NCBI GenBank assembly: GCA_964561085.1
Contig: CAZLNP010000001.1
Coordinates: 10,213 to 74,212 of the forward strand
DNA length: 64,000 nucleotides
Source: an uncultured Candidatus Saccharibacteria bacterium
Lineage (GTDB): Bacteria; Patescibacteriota; Doudnabacteria; UBA920
Direction: 5' to 3'
Part shown: positions 10,706-20,472 of the stretch, in pieces
How positions within the stretch are numbered: position 1 is the first letter of the stretch
Layout: each line of letters opens with the position of its first letter
Notes under the pieces: model-generated
Database searches by the model: none
Seen by the model: the letters and a program-made list of their open reading frames with translations, nothing else
Told to the model about the DNA's origin: nothing
Program-made: the position numbers and the translations under genes

Positions 10706-10732
10706 TCTTTGTTTTTCTACTTAGTTTCGAGT

Positions 10733-11173
10733 CTAGCTCAGTTTTTCTTTTAAGAGTTTTGCTACAAGTGCACCATCAGCAGTGTTGCCGAAATGCCCTT
10801 TTAGCACACCCATGGCTTGGCCAAAATCTGCTTTTGTCCATCCAGCTTCAGCAATCTTTGCATCGATTACTTTGGCTATTTCTTCTTCACTAACTTGTTC
10901 AGGTAAAAATACTGATAATACTTTTAGTTCAGCTTCTTCTTTATCTGCGGCTTCAGTTCGGCCAGCATCGCGGAAAGCAAGAGCTGCTTCTTTGCGACGC
11001 TTAGCCTCTGATTGAACCAATACTAAAATATCAGCTTCGGAAAGTTCCGAGCCTTTAGAAATTTGTTCATTTTGAATTCTGGTTTTAAGTGCGCGAAGTG
11101 TCTCAACAGTGATTTGCTCACGGGCCTTAACAGCAGTCTGCAATGCAGCTTCTACCTCAGAAAGATTTAGCAT
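10733..11173 (-). CDS. GatB/YqeY-domain protein
   Basis: 146-aa YqeY-like helical protein. Confidence 0.6.
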   Translation of the reverse strand: MLNLSEVEAALQTAVKAREQITVETLRALKTRIQNEQISKGSELSEADILVLVQSEAKRRKEAALAFRDAGRTEAADKEEAELKVLSVFLPEQVSEEEIAKVIDAKIAEAGWTKADFGQAMGVLKGHFGNTADGALVAKLLKEKLS

Positions 11174-11188
11174 GAATTTTTGTTTAGT

Positions 11189-11425
11189 TTAACGACGGCC
11201 GCGAGATGGTTTAACGGGTTTTCCTAGGCGCTTTAGTTCTTCACGAACAATACGCATTTCAGAGCGACGTTGTGCATCTGTACGCAATAAATTACGGCTT
11301 CGTTCCGGCGCGAAAAAGCGCGTCTTACGAGCACGGATTAAAACACCGCTTTGTTGAATCTTACGATTAAAACGGCGTAGTAGGTTATCAAATGATTCGT
11401 TGTCTTTACGTTTTACTTCTACCAA
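11189..11425 (-). CDS. rpsU: 30S ribosomal protein S21
   Basis: VEVKRKDNESFDNLLRRFNRK...RRSEMRIVREELKRL. Confidence 0.9.
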   Translation of the reverse strand: MVEVKRKDNESFDNLLRRFNRKIQQSGVLIRARKTRFFAPERSRNLLRTDAQRRSEMRIVREELKRLGKPVKPSRGRR

Positions 11426-11569
11426 AAAAATTCACCTCAGTTCATATATATGGGCATATCATGGCTCCAACGCGCTACTTACCACAAAGTATATAGTAAG
11501 CAAAACACGCCTCGCTGTGATATGACGACCTTAATCTGTCGTTATTATACGTCATTTCCTGGTAAAAGG

Positions 11570-12157
11570 TCAAGAATTGATAAAAGGTCGGGCTAAACTT
11601 AGCGCGGCGATAGTTTGTGCATCAGTAATTTCACCGCTATCAATCATTTTGTAAGCTTTCTTTATTGGCACGGTCATCACTTGTTCTATACCCTCTTCAG
11701 CTTGTTCATTATCAGCTAATATTGATAAATCTTGAGCAACATAAACGTAGCCAATCTCGTCTGAAATTCCAGCGAAGGCTTGAAATTTTCCAACTAAACT
11801 CCACCGCTTACCAGTAAGACCTGCTTCCTCTCGCAATTCTCTTTTTGCGGCAAGTAAAGGTTTTTGGTTTTCACTTCCACCACCAGGTAATTCAATGGAT
11901 GTCGTATTTGTTGTATATCTATAAAGCTTGATCAAGTAAATTTCATTTTTTTGATTCAATGCAATAACATAAACAGCTGGGGGTAATACCACCACATTCC
12001 ATACTCCTTTCTTACCATTAGGAGTGATTACTTTATCTTGACGTACGGAATACCAATTATTTTTGTGAACTGTTTTAGAAGATAATTTTTTCCAAGGGTT
12101 TTTCATATATGAATATGATACCAAATCCAATATAAAAAGTATTGCCTGCTTAGTCAA
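11570..12157 (-). CDS. NUDIX hydrolase (true start probably the internal MKNPWKK methionine)
   Basis: NUDIX box GGxxE...REL.EEaG (ELPGGGSENQKPLLAAKRELREEAGL). Confidence 0.8.
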   Translation of the reverse strand: MTKQAILFILDLVSYSYMKNPWKKLSSKTVHKNNWYSVRQDKVITPNGKKGVWNVVVLPPAVYVIALNQKNEIYLIKLYRYTTNTTSIELPGGGSENQKPLLAAKRELREEAGLTGKRWSLVGKFQAFAGISDEIGYVYVAQDLSILADNEQAEEGIEQVMTVPIKKAYKMIDSGEITDAQTIAALSLARPFINS

Positions 12158-12179
12158 TACTTTTTATTTAAGCTTAAAT

Positions 12180-12635
12180 TTATTCTCCCCTGATCCTAGC
12201 TGCTAACACCTTAAGCTTTTCATCATCTTCGCGCTTATAATCGTGAGAAGAAATGTAACCTTCGTATTTTTCAAAGTACTTATCAATCGAGGATTCAATT
12301 GGTTTCCATTCAGGGATATTTGTACCATGCATCGGATAAAGCTTGGCATGGATGTGATCCACTCCAAATCCTTCAAATACCATGGCAGTGCGGCCAACAT
12401 CCTCTAACTTTGAGTCCAACAACTTGGCTACTTTCTTAGTTGCGACCATCAAATTAGCAAGGACATCATCTGGCAGATCAAAAGCATAACTTGGATAATG
12501 CTTTTTAGGAATTACTACACTAACACCTTCTGTGTTTGGGAATATGGTTAGGAAGGCTAAATGCGCATCATCTTCCCAAATGCGGTGTGAGGGTAACTCT
12601 TCTTTTATAATTTTGCAAAATATACATTCATTCAT
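12180..12635 (-). CDS. HIT-superfamily protein with atypical H-x-H-x-K motif (Hint-like CIFCKI N-terminus)
   Basis: CIFCKIIKEE N-terminus; VDHIHAKLY where the canonical third His is Lys. Confidence 0.65.
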   Translation of the reverse strand: MNECIFCKIIKEELPSHRIWEDDAHLAFLTIFPNTEGVSVVIPKKHYPSYAFDLPDDVLANLMVATKKVAKLLDSKLEDVGRTAMVFEGFGVDHIHAKLYPMHGTNIPEWKPIESSIDKYFEKYEGYISSHDYKREDDEKLKVLAARIRGE

Positions 12636-12678
12636 ATATTTATGATAACAAAAAATCGCCCTAAGGGCGATTTTAGAT

Positions 12679-13023
12679 TTACTCTTCTAGTTGTTTTCCG
12701 CCTAGCAAGTGGATATGAAGGTGATTAATAATCTGACCGCCTTCTTTACCATTATTCCATACTAATTTATAGCCGCTCTTATCAATTCCTGTTTCCGTAG
12801 CGTAGTCTCTAGAGATTAGGATCATTTCTGCAATAAGATCCGCATCATCTTTACTTAGTTCGTTCATTGAAGGAATATGCTTCTTTGAAATCACTTGAAC
12901 GTGCACCGGAGCCTTTGGCATGATATCTTGAATGATTAAAGCATTCTCAGTTTCGTGCAAAATATTTGATGCGGCTGTGCGATTAGCGATGCTGCAAAAA
13001 ATGCAGTCTGGGTTGATGTCCAT
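12679..13023 (-). CDS. HIT-family (Hint-like) nucleotide-binding hydrolase
   Basis: Canonical histidine triad NHLHIHLLGG. Confidence 0.85.
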   Translation of the reverse strand: MDINPDCIFCSIANRTAASNILHETENALIIQDIMPKAPVHVQVISKKHIPSMNELSKDDADLIAEMILISRDYATETGIDKSGYKLVWNNGKEGGQIINHLHIHLLGGKQLEE

Positions 13024-13027
13024 ATTT

Positions 13028-14329
13028 TTATCTTTCTAAACGTTTTTTAACTTCTACAATAATTTTATCATATGAGAAGACTTCCTGCATGCCAGATTTA
13101 ACATCACGTAGAATTACCATATCATCCATAGCTTCCTTCTGACCCATAATTAGAGCAATTGGCGCTTTGCTTTCTTCAGCAAGCTTAAGTTGGTTCTTAA
13201 CACCCACTGTACCGAAGTGGTCATGAACTTTAACATCAACCGCAATCAAGTCGCGGAACAAGCGAAGACTACGCTTTGAGGCTAACTCCCCTAGTGGGAC
13301 TAGGAATACTTCGCTGTGAATTTCATGTTTAGCTTCGATTTCAGAAAGCTCCATTGCACGAGACAATCCTGAAAGGCTACCACTAAAACCGAACGCAGGC
13401 ATAGGCTTGCCAGTAATATTCTTCAAAAGCAATTCATGATGAGCCGCTTCACCAATTACAATAGTTTCATTTCCTTTTTTATATTTGATAACTAGGCTTG
13501 TACCACTGGACCCTTCTGGGCCAACATACAATTGGTTAAGCTGATACGGAAGGCTTAGTTCATCAAGAGCTTCTAATATGTCAGTAAAGCGCTTCTTCTC
13601 GTTTGGAGCTAAGAAGTCTACTATTGCGGGAGCTTCTGCTGTTAAAAGCTGACAGCCAACTTTGTCGCATCGTAAAACGTTTAGAACTCGGCCCTGTAAA
13701 TGATTATTACAATCTTCACACAGCTCAAAATCTTTACCTTTTAAGAAATCTTTAAGGACGTTCGAATAAGCGGTCTGCACTGCGGCATCGCCCATAGTGT
13801 TAATTTCTAGGCTAACATCTTCACTCAAACCTAGGCGCTGTGTTAAATCCCAAATTGCACTAACTACCTGGGCTTCTGTTAAATGATTAAAAGTACCTAA
13901 TACTTCTAATCCAAATTGATAGCTAAAGTGCACGGCTTGGCGTTCATCAATTTCCGCGACATTGCCAATGTACAACCACTTTGATAGAGATTGTTCATCT
14001 AGCTGAGTCTTGTTTTGAACATAATGACGGAGTACTGAAGGCAACACTGCAGAACGAACACCTAGAGCTTTACCTCCTGTTTGAGCATAAAGAATTCTTT
14101 CTAAAGCTTGAGGTTGGTTCTTGTAAAAATCTGTGTAAACTTTTTCTTCTTCTAGAATTGCTGTTTCAACCGGCTGAAATCCGTAAAGCTGCGCAACAGT
14201 GCGAAGCTGATGCATAATAGTACTCCAATAAGGATTTGTCTGAGTTACAATATCTCTCAAGCCAGTGACTGCACCAGCTTTGGGTAATTTAGGAGTGACT
14301 ACGATTGTTTTCTTAGCAATTTTTTGCAT
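13028..14329 (-). CDS. HisRS-like class II aaRS paralog with degenerate catalytic motifs (HisZ-like / pseudo-HisRS) plus C-terminal anticodon-binding-like domain and a Cys4 insertion
   Basis: Collinear with the bona fide hisS of this window (GLRD..., motif 1 region, motif 2 region) but GGRYD is GEAAHHE and the GxGxDR region is GLSGLSR; Cys cluster CEDC...CDKVGC. Confidence 0.6.
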   Translation of the reverse strand: MQKIAKKTIVVTPKLPKAGAVTGLRDIVTQTNPYWSTIMHQLRTVAQLYGFQPVETAILEEEKVYTDFYKNQPQALERILYAQTGGKALGVRSAVLPSVLRHYVQNKTQLDEQSLSKWLYIGNVAEIDERQAVHFSYQFGLEVLGTFNHLTEAQVVSAIWDLTQRLGLSEDVSLEINTMGDAAVQTAYSNVLKDFLKGKDFELCEDCNNHLQGRVLNVLRCDKVGCQLLTAEAPAIVDFLAPNEKKRFTDILEALDELSLPYQLNQLYVGPEGSSGTSLVIKYKKGNETIVIGEAAHHELLLKNITGKPMPAFGFSGSLSGLSRAMELSEIEAKHEIHSEVFLVPLGELASKRSLRLFRDLIAVDVKVHDHFGTVGVKNQLKLAEESKAPIALIMGQKEAMDDMVILRDVKSGMQEVFSYDKIIVEVKKRLER

Positions 14330-14355
14330 CTATTGTAATGTAAGTTGTTTAAAAT

Positions 14356-14967
14356 TTACTTGAAAGTGGCTAATGGAAATTCTGGTGATCCGAAAGCGTC
14401 TAACGGGAAAACTCTTAGCCAAGCTGTCCCAACAATGTCGTGCTTCGGCAGTATCCCCCACACTCTGGAGTCACTGGAAGCTAAGCGGTTATCACCCAAC
14501 ACATAGTATTCATCGCTACCCAGAGTCACCAATTCATCTTTTCCAAAAGTAATGTCTTGGTTAGAAAGATATGGCTCTTCTAACACAGATCCATTTGGAT
14601 ACTCACTATTATATACATATACTTTCCCATTTTCTACTTTAACTTTTTCACCAGGCAAACCAATGACGCGCTTGATGAAATACTGAGAAGTATCTTTCGG
14701 ATAGCGGAATACAATTACATCACCGCGAGCAGGTTCATTGAAGCGATAGGAAACTTTATTTACAACTAAGTATTCTCGGTTGTGGAAGTTTGGAACCATG
14801 GAAGAACCGGATACGATAAATGGTTCAGCTACAAAAAACCGGAATCCTATCATCACTACAAAGGCGATAATAACGATTCTGGCTAACTCCCAGAGAAACG
14901 AGCCAACGGAAGCATTTTTTTCCGGAGGTGTTTCTACACTTTCAATTTCAACGTGGTTTACAGACAT
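14356..14967 (-). CDS. lepB: Signal peptidase I
   Basis: N-terminal TM anchor, catalytic SGSSMVPN serine motif, S26 C-terminal box. Confidence 0.85.
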   Translation of the reverse strand: MSVNHVEIESVETPPEKNASVGSFLWELARIVIIAFVVMIGFRFFVAEPFIVSGSSMVPNFHNREYLVVNKVSYRFNEPARGDVIVFRYPKDTSQYFIKRVIGLPGEKVKVENGKVYVYNSEYPNGSVLEEPYLSNQDITFGKDELVTLGSDEYYVLGDNRLASSDSRVWGILPKHDIVGTAWLRVFPLDAFGSPEFPLATFK

Positions 14968-15096
14968 ATTTTATTTCTTTATAAAGCTAAATAACATATG
15001 AACTATACCACCCTGAGACGGTCGGTGCAAGGGCTATAAAGACTAGCTGAGAATGCTTATTTCAGCTATAATACCCGAGTACATTTCAAAGATTTT

Positions 15097-16539
15097 ATGA
15101 AGCAACCAGAAATTATTATCAAAAATGTTGGCGACAATGGGAGCCAAAACAATCCACCAAAAATGAACCGGTTAATGCCTGAACCAAAACCTCCAGGCAA
15201 ATCAACAGGTAAAAGACTCCTTAAGTGGCTGATAATAATCATTATAGTAGCGGGAATTGGATTAGGTGGATGGATGGCATTACGAGCTTCTGGATTAGCT
15301 AATAAAATTTTCGTAGGGCAAGATACTAGCGTATTCGGCAGATTGACCGATTTGATTTCTAGTCAGACCGGTGGCTCCAAACTAGATGGCGAAAACGAAG
15401 GTCAAGTAAACATTTTGCTTTTAGGTATTGGTGGACCAGGGCATGACGGCCCTTATCTTTCCGACACAATCATCGTGGCTCAACTCAGACCGAAAGAGAA
15501 AAAAGCTACAATGATTTCTATCCCCCGAGATTACTTGGTAAATACTAAGGAAATTGGACAACGCAAAATTAATGCTGTCTTCGCAGAGAGCTATCAGAAA
15601 AATAAAAATTGGGATGAAGCTGGAAAAAGCATACGGGATGTTGTTTCCAATATTAGTGGTTTAGATATTCCCTATTTTGCAGTAATGGACTTTAAGGGAT
15701 TTGAAAAATCCATCGATCTTTTAGACGGTATTGATGTTCAAATCGATCGTACTTTCACAGACTACACTTTCCCAAATAGCACCGAAGGATATTTACCTGC
15801 TGTTACCTTTAAAGAAGGGCAAGAACGCATGGATGGCGAACGTGCTTTGATCTTTGCTCGTTCACGTCATGCAGCCGGTGAAGAAGGAACAGACTATGCG
15901 CGTAGTGTACGCCAACAAAAAATTATTCAAGCTGCGAAAAATAAAGTTGTTTCTCTGAATCTAATTGCCGATGCTGGCAAGATTAATGAACTGTTCACAG
16001 TTATTGGTGATAGTTTCCATACCAACATGTCCCCTGGTCAAATGCTTCGAGCTTATAACATCACCAAAGATTTTGGCGATGACCAAACCATTAGCTTAAG
16101 CCTTGATCCAGAAAGTGGTTTAATTTGTCCTCAAACTTTGGAAGAAAGCGGTGCGTTCGTCTTAACAGTTTGTCCAAGCAAAACTACTGCTGATATTCAA
16201 GATTACTTTAAAAACAGTTTCTCTACTGGGCAGCTAACATCTGAAAAAGCTACTGTTTGGCTAGCAGATAGTAGTGTTACTGGAAAACTGTATAAAAAAG
16301 CTGAGACGGAACTAAACAACGCTGGTCTAACTGTTTACAAAGTTGTATACGGCGGCAAACCTCTAAATCAAACTGTTGTTTACACCGTTAACGACAAACC
16401 TACTACTGCGGAATTCATAACCGGCAAACTAGATGCCAGCCCAGTATCACTTCCCCCTCCTGGAATTAAAATTGACCCAAATAAAGTTGATGTGATTGTC
16501 ATTCTTGGCAGTCCTGACGCAGCTGCAACGACTAAATAA
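15097..16539 (+). CDS. LytR-CpsA-Psr (LCP) family cell-envelope phosphotransferase
   Basis: N-terminal TM then LCP core (NILLLGIGGPGHDGPYLSDTIIVAQL...ISIPRD). Confidence 0.8.
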   Translation: MKQPEIIIKNVGDNGSQNNPPKMNRLMPEPKPPGKSTGKRLLKWLIIIIIVAGIGLGGWMALRASGLANKIFVGQDTSVFGRLTDLISSQTGGSKLDGENEGQVNILLLGIGGPGHDGPYLSDTIIVAQLRPKEKKATMISIPRDYLVNTKEIGQRKINAVFAESYQKNKNWDEAGKSIRDVVSNISGLDIPYFAVMDFKGFEKSIDLLDGIDVQIDRTFTDYTFPNSTEGYLPAVTFKEGQERMDGERALIFARSRHAAGEEGTDYARSVRQQKIIQAAKNKVVSLNLIADAGKINELFTVIGDSFHTNMSPGQMLRAYNITKDFGDDQTISLSLDPESGLICPQTLEESGAFVLTVCPSKTTADIQDYFKNSFSTGQLTSEKATVWLADSSVTGKLYKKAETELNNAGLTVYKVVYGGKPLNQTVVYTVNDKPTTAEFITGKLDASPVSLPPPGIKIDPNKVDVIVILGSPDAAATTK

Positions 16540-16544
16540 TTATT

Positions 16545-17861
16545 ATGTCCCAATTACCCTTACTTGCTATTGTTGGAGAGCCAAACGTAGGCAAGTCTAC
16601 ATTGATGAACAAGATTTACGGCGAACGAATCGCTGTGACTTCTGTTGTGGCCGGCACAACTCGTGACCGCCAATACCTCGATACCGTCTGGAACGGCGTT
16701 GATTTTACTATGGTAGACACTGCAGGCGTTTCTTTCGGCGACAAGCAAGAACTAGAGGCCGAACTTTTAGAGCAAATTGATGTTGCTACCGAAGAAGCGA
16801 ACATGCTTCTCTTGGTTGTAGACGGAAAAGAAGATGTTGATGCAATTGACCGCAAAGCCATTCTTAAATTCCGTAAAATTAAAAAGCCAATTGTAGTGGC
16901 TGTAAACAAACTAGACTCTCCGAAAAACTTGGAAGCAATTACTGCACCATTTATGCGTTTAGGAATTAAAAATGTCTTCCCTGTATCTGCTCAAACAGGC
17001 CGCGGGATTGGTGACTTACTAGACCAGATCGCTCTAGAGCTTAAGAAGATTGCCGTACCAAAGAAGAATCCTTCTACAGGGATTGCAGTGAGCATTGTTG
17101 GTAAGCCAAATGTAGGCAAATCTAGCTTAATGAACAAAATTCTTGGTGAAGAACGTGTAATAGTTTCCCCTATCGCTGGGACCACTCGCACAGCAATCGA
17201 CACTCGCACTAAAATAGATAATCAAGTTTATACTTTTATTGATACAGCCGGATTAAAACGCAAAGGTTACCGACAAAAACAACCAGATGTATTCTCTGGT
17301 TTCCAAACATTTAAATCTATACGTCGTAGCGACGTTGTGTTCTTCTTGATCGATGTGAACGAACCTATCACTAAACAGGACCAAGTTATAGCTGGTGAAA
17401 TTTTTGATCTATCTAAAGGTGTGATTATTATTGCGAACAAGTTAGATATTTACGATGGTAAAGAGAAAGAATTAAAAGATTACATCTCGCTGCATTTCCC
17501 TTTCCTATGGTTCTCTCCAGTATTCACTCTGTCTGCCAAAACAGGAAAAGGTATTCAAGAAGCAATTGATGCGATTAAACCAATTTACGAGAATCGCCAA
17601 AAAGTAATTCCTCAGGAAAAGCTTGATATGGTGCTAGCTCAAACCATTAAGACTAACCCACCAAAACGTTTGCGTGATCAACGTGAACCAAAAGTTCATG
17701 GCCTAACTCAAGTAGATACTAATCCTCCACTATTCCGTTTGGAAGTAAATCGTTCAGGTGCAATCTCTACTCAGTATCGCCGCTTCTTGTTGAAGCATTT
17801 AATTAAACGCCTAGATCTTTGGGGCACACCAATTAAATTGCAGATACATCAGAAAGAATAA
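16545..17861 (+). CDS. der: Ribosome-biogenesis GTPase Der/EngA (two tandem G domains + KH-like domain)
   Basis: Two P-loops GEPNVGKSTL and GKPNVGKSSL, DTAG motifs. Confidence 0.9.
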   Translation: MSQLPLLAIVGEPNVGKSTLMNKIYGERIAVTSVVAGTTRDRQYLDTVWNGVDFTMVDTAGVSFGDKQELEAELLEQIDVATEEANMLLLVVDGKEDVDAIDRKAILKFRKIKKPIVVAVNKLDSPKNLEAITAPFMRLGIKNVFPVSAQTGRGIGDLLDQIALELKKIAVPKKNPSTGIAVSIVGKPNVGKSSLMNKILGEERVIVSPIAGTTRTAIDTRTKIDNQVYTFIDTAGLKRKGYRQKQPDVFSGFQTFKSIRRSDVVFFLIDVNEPITKQDQVIAGEIFDLSKGVIIIANKLDIYDGKEKELKDYISLHFPFLWFSPVFTLSAKTGKGIQEAIDAIKPIYENRQKVIPQEKLDMVLAQTIKTNPPKRLRDQREPKVHGLTQVDTNPPLFRLEVNRSGAISTQYRRFLLKHLIKRLDLWGTPIKLQIHQKE

Positions 17862-17888
17862 TACTGATATAATCACTTTATAATCAAT

Positions 17889-18428
17889 ATGAAACTAATC
17901 GTCGGCCTTGGAAATCCTGGAAATCAGTATGAGCAGACTCGTCACAACGCGGGATTTTTAGCTGTTGATTTTTTCTTGCGTAGCCATGGAGCAATTACGT
18001 GTCAAAGTAAGTTCAACGCCCAAATTTGTGAATATCATGAAAACGGCATGAAAGTATTTTTCATCAAGCCACAAAGCTTTATGAATCTGAGCGGTGAGGT
18101 GGTTCGCGAGATTACTGCCTTTTACAAAGTCGACCACGCGAATGACTTACTTGTACTCCATGATGAAAAAGATTTGCCATTCGGGGCTGTTAAAGAAGGT
18201 TTTGCTTCTGGCTCGGCAGGTCATAACGGTGTTCAGAATATAATCGATGAACTAGGCACAAAAGACTTTGCGAGAATCCGGATTGGCGTAGAAACTCGTC
18301 CACCAGACTCACCTATTCCAACTGATGTATTTGTATTACAGAAATTTGGGGAAACAGAGTTATCAAAACTTGAAGAAATTGTTTTCCCTGAGACCAATAT
18401 CATGATTAATAAGTTTATACATAGTTAA
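17889..18428 (+). CDS. pth: Peptidyl-tRNA hydrolase
   Basis: LIVGLGNPGNQYEQTRHNAGF signature. Confidence 0.9.
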   Translation: MKLIVGLGNPGNQYEQTRHNAGFLAVDFFLRSHGAITCQSKFNAQICEYHENGMKVFFIKPQSFMNLSGEVVREITAFYKVDHANDLLVLHDEKDLPFGAVKEGFASGSAGHNGVQNIIDELGTKDFARIRIGVETRPPDSPIPTDVFVLQKFGETELSKLEEIVFPETNIMINKFIHS

Positions 18429-18512
18429 GTATTGACCTACAGCAAATCTACATGGTACTATTTAACTACAAATGGCTTAGGCCTCGCATTTGAATAAATC
18501 AAATGCAAAATA

Positions 18513-18905
18513 TTACTCAAATAAAGCTGCTACAAGGGCAGTTTTTATTTTTGCGAACGTTGCCTTATCAATCATGCCCATTTTCCTTAACAATCTTTTA
18601 GAATCTATAAGCCTTATTTGAGAAAAAATAGCAGACGATTCTCGATCACTAATTCTACCTATATAGAAATAATATTTCCCTATCTTCCTTTTTCCTGTCA
18701 TGGGTATTACTAATAATGAATCACGATTAAATCCTTTTAATATCAATACTGGGCGATCGTAATTTTGGCCGGTACCATCTTGTTCAGACCCTATATTAAT
18801 ACCAAGTGAACACCACCAAACTTCTCTCGGATGGTAATATGCTTTCTTTGGTTGGAAATTTATTTTCTTTTTAACTAAATTCCATTCGTCAAAACTTTTA
18901 TCCAT
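18513..18905 (-). CDS. MazF/PemK/Kid-family endoribonuclease toxin-like protein with no adjacent antitoxin gene
   Basis: REVWWCSLGINIGSEQDGTGQNYDRPVLIL and C-terminal IDSKRLLRKMGMIDKATFAKI match the Kid/PemK pattern (GEIW.V.LDPT.G.EQ.G.RP.L). Confidence 0.65.
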   Translation of the reverse strand: MDKSFDEWNLVKKKINFQPKKAYYHPREVWWCSLGINIGSEQDGTGQNYDRPVLILKGFNRDSLLVIPMTGKRKIGKYYFYIGRISDRESSAIFSQIRLIDSKRLLRKMGMIDKATFAKIKTALVAALFE

Positions 18906-18967
18906 AACTTAAATATATAAATAAAGACATAAATTCTGGATAAAGTTTAATACTTAGAGGTAAACAA

Positions 18968-19002
18968 AAACGACCAACCGGATAACCGATTGGTCGTTTT
19001 TG
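18968..19002. terminator. Bidirectional Rho-independent terminator
   Basis: acgaccaaccgg-ataa-ccgattggtcgt hairpin flanked by A5 and T5. Confidence 0.65.
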
Positions 19003-19306
19003 TTTTATCTACACTACCCCACCTACAAGTGAGAACTAGGAAGCATACGCTTACAAGCTCTACTTAACCGCTAAAATCATTGAATAGGAGGGATGATCAA
19101 TGAATTCGCGACTTGCAAGTAGGATGGTATAGACAACTCGATTTTCGATGATCTATTTCTAGATTCGATCTTAAATCGTGTTAGTAGTATACACTAATTT
19201 AGAGGTTTTGTCAAGGGCTAAGGTGAAGAAAGAAACTAGCCTAAATTCAGCTTTATTTTAGATATATTTTAAGCTCTCTTTATGGAGATCCCCCTAATAT
19301 AGGGAT

Positions 19307-20431
19307 ATGACACATTATAACGAGACATACGACCTAGAACCACTCTATCTATATATACTATCCCTCCTCCCCGTTAGGAGACTGGAGGTGTTTGAGGAGT
19401 GGCGGGCCAGTGCCGGTTCCTTTGAAACTATCTGCCTGGCTACCGAAGAAGAACTGGCACGATTTGGATTAGGACTAGAGTTAATCATCAAACTAAGGCA
19501 AATTAAATTGGAGCATTCAGTTGAAAAGCTAGCTAAAGATCTAGAAAAAACAGGTGTCAGTACTCTCACCTACTACGATGAAGGATATCCAAAAATACTA
19601 AAGGAAATTTACGACGCTCCACCCGTACTTTTTTATCGTGGAAAATTAAGCGATCCTGACGAAGCATGTGTTGCGATTGTTGGTAGTCGAAGCATGACTT
19701 CTTACGGCGCCTTAGTCATGCCGCGAATCACCACTCCCCTAATCAACTCTGGAATAACAATTGTATCCGGCATGGCTTTAGGAATAGATGGCGCAGCGCA
19801 CAGTGAAAGTATTAAGTCTAATGCTCGCACAATTGCCGTGCTTGGAAGCGGTGTTGATGAAGCTAGTATCTACCCAAGAGGTCATTACAGACTATCGGAA
19901 CAAATTCTAGAAAATAATGGTTTAATTATTTCTGAACAACCGCCTGGTACACCAGGATACAAACAAAATTTCATTGCCCGAAATAGAATTATTGCAGGAC
20001 TTAGCTTGGGTGTGGTTATAGTTGAATGCAAACTAAAAAGCGGTGCGCTTCTCACTGCGGATTACGCTGCGGACTTTAATCGTGCTCTATACGCAGTGCC
20101 AGGACCTGCGTATTCAAGCTTAAGTGAAGGGCCACATATGCTAATTAGAAATGGGGCTTGCTTAATTACGCATGGTGATGAAATTCTCCATGACCTAGAA
20201 GTATCTGTGCCAGATATTCCAAAGAAATTAGAGGCGCTTCGTCATGCTGAATTTACCGAAACTGAGAAGCTTGTGTTAAAATTTATGCATAACAATCCAA
20301 TAACCGTAGACAGCCTAGCGTTGCTTACAAAACTAAATGTTGAAGTAGTTATGCAAACTCTTACGGTGATGGAGTTACGTGGTGTTATTAAAAATATTGG
20401 ATCCCGAGGTTTCATTTATATAGCTTTGTGA
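19307..20431 (+). CDS. dprA: DNA-processing protein DprA (Smf)
   Basis: Rossmann-like DprA core (VAIVGSRSMTSYG...GIDGAAH) plus C-terminal winged-helix-like region. Confidence 0.85.
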   Translation: MTHYNETYDLEPLYLYILSLLPVRRLEVFEEWRASAGSFETICLATEEELARFGLGLELIIKLRQIKLEHSVEKLAKDLEKTGVSTLTYYDEGYPKILKEIYDAPPVLFYRGKLSDPDEACVAIVGSRSMTSYGALVMPRITTPLINSGITIVSGMALGIDGAAHSESIKSNARTIAVLGSGVDEASIYPRGHYRLSEQILENNGLIISEQPPGTPGYKQNFIARNRIIAGLSLGVVIVECKLKSGALLTADYAADFNRALYAVPGPAYSSLSEGPHMLIRNGACLITHGDEILHDLEVSVPDIPKKLEALRHAEFTETEKLVLKFMHNNPITVDSLALLTKLNVEVVMQTLTVMELRGVIKNIGSRGFIYIAL

Positions 20432-20472
20432 AAAGCGTTTTAGAATGATAAGCTCAATTAAGAATTTAATCT

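Noticed and set aside
206-10724. Numerous 60-140-aa ORFs antisense or out of frame inside rel, comEC, ABC exporter, ftsZ and ftsA (e.g. 206-427, 769-1005, 8076-8261, 8339-8758, 9901-10098)
   Set aside because: They lie wholly within strongly supported conserved genes, have low-complexity or Ser/Leu-rich composition and no RBS. These are shadow ORFs.
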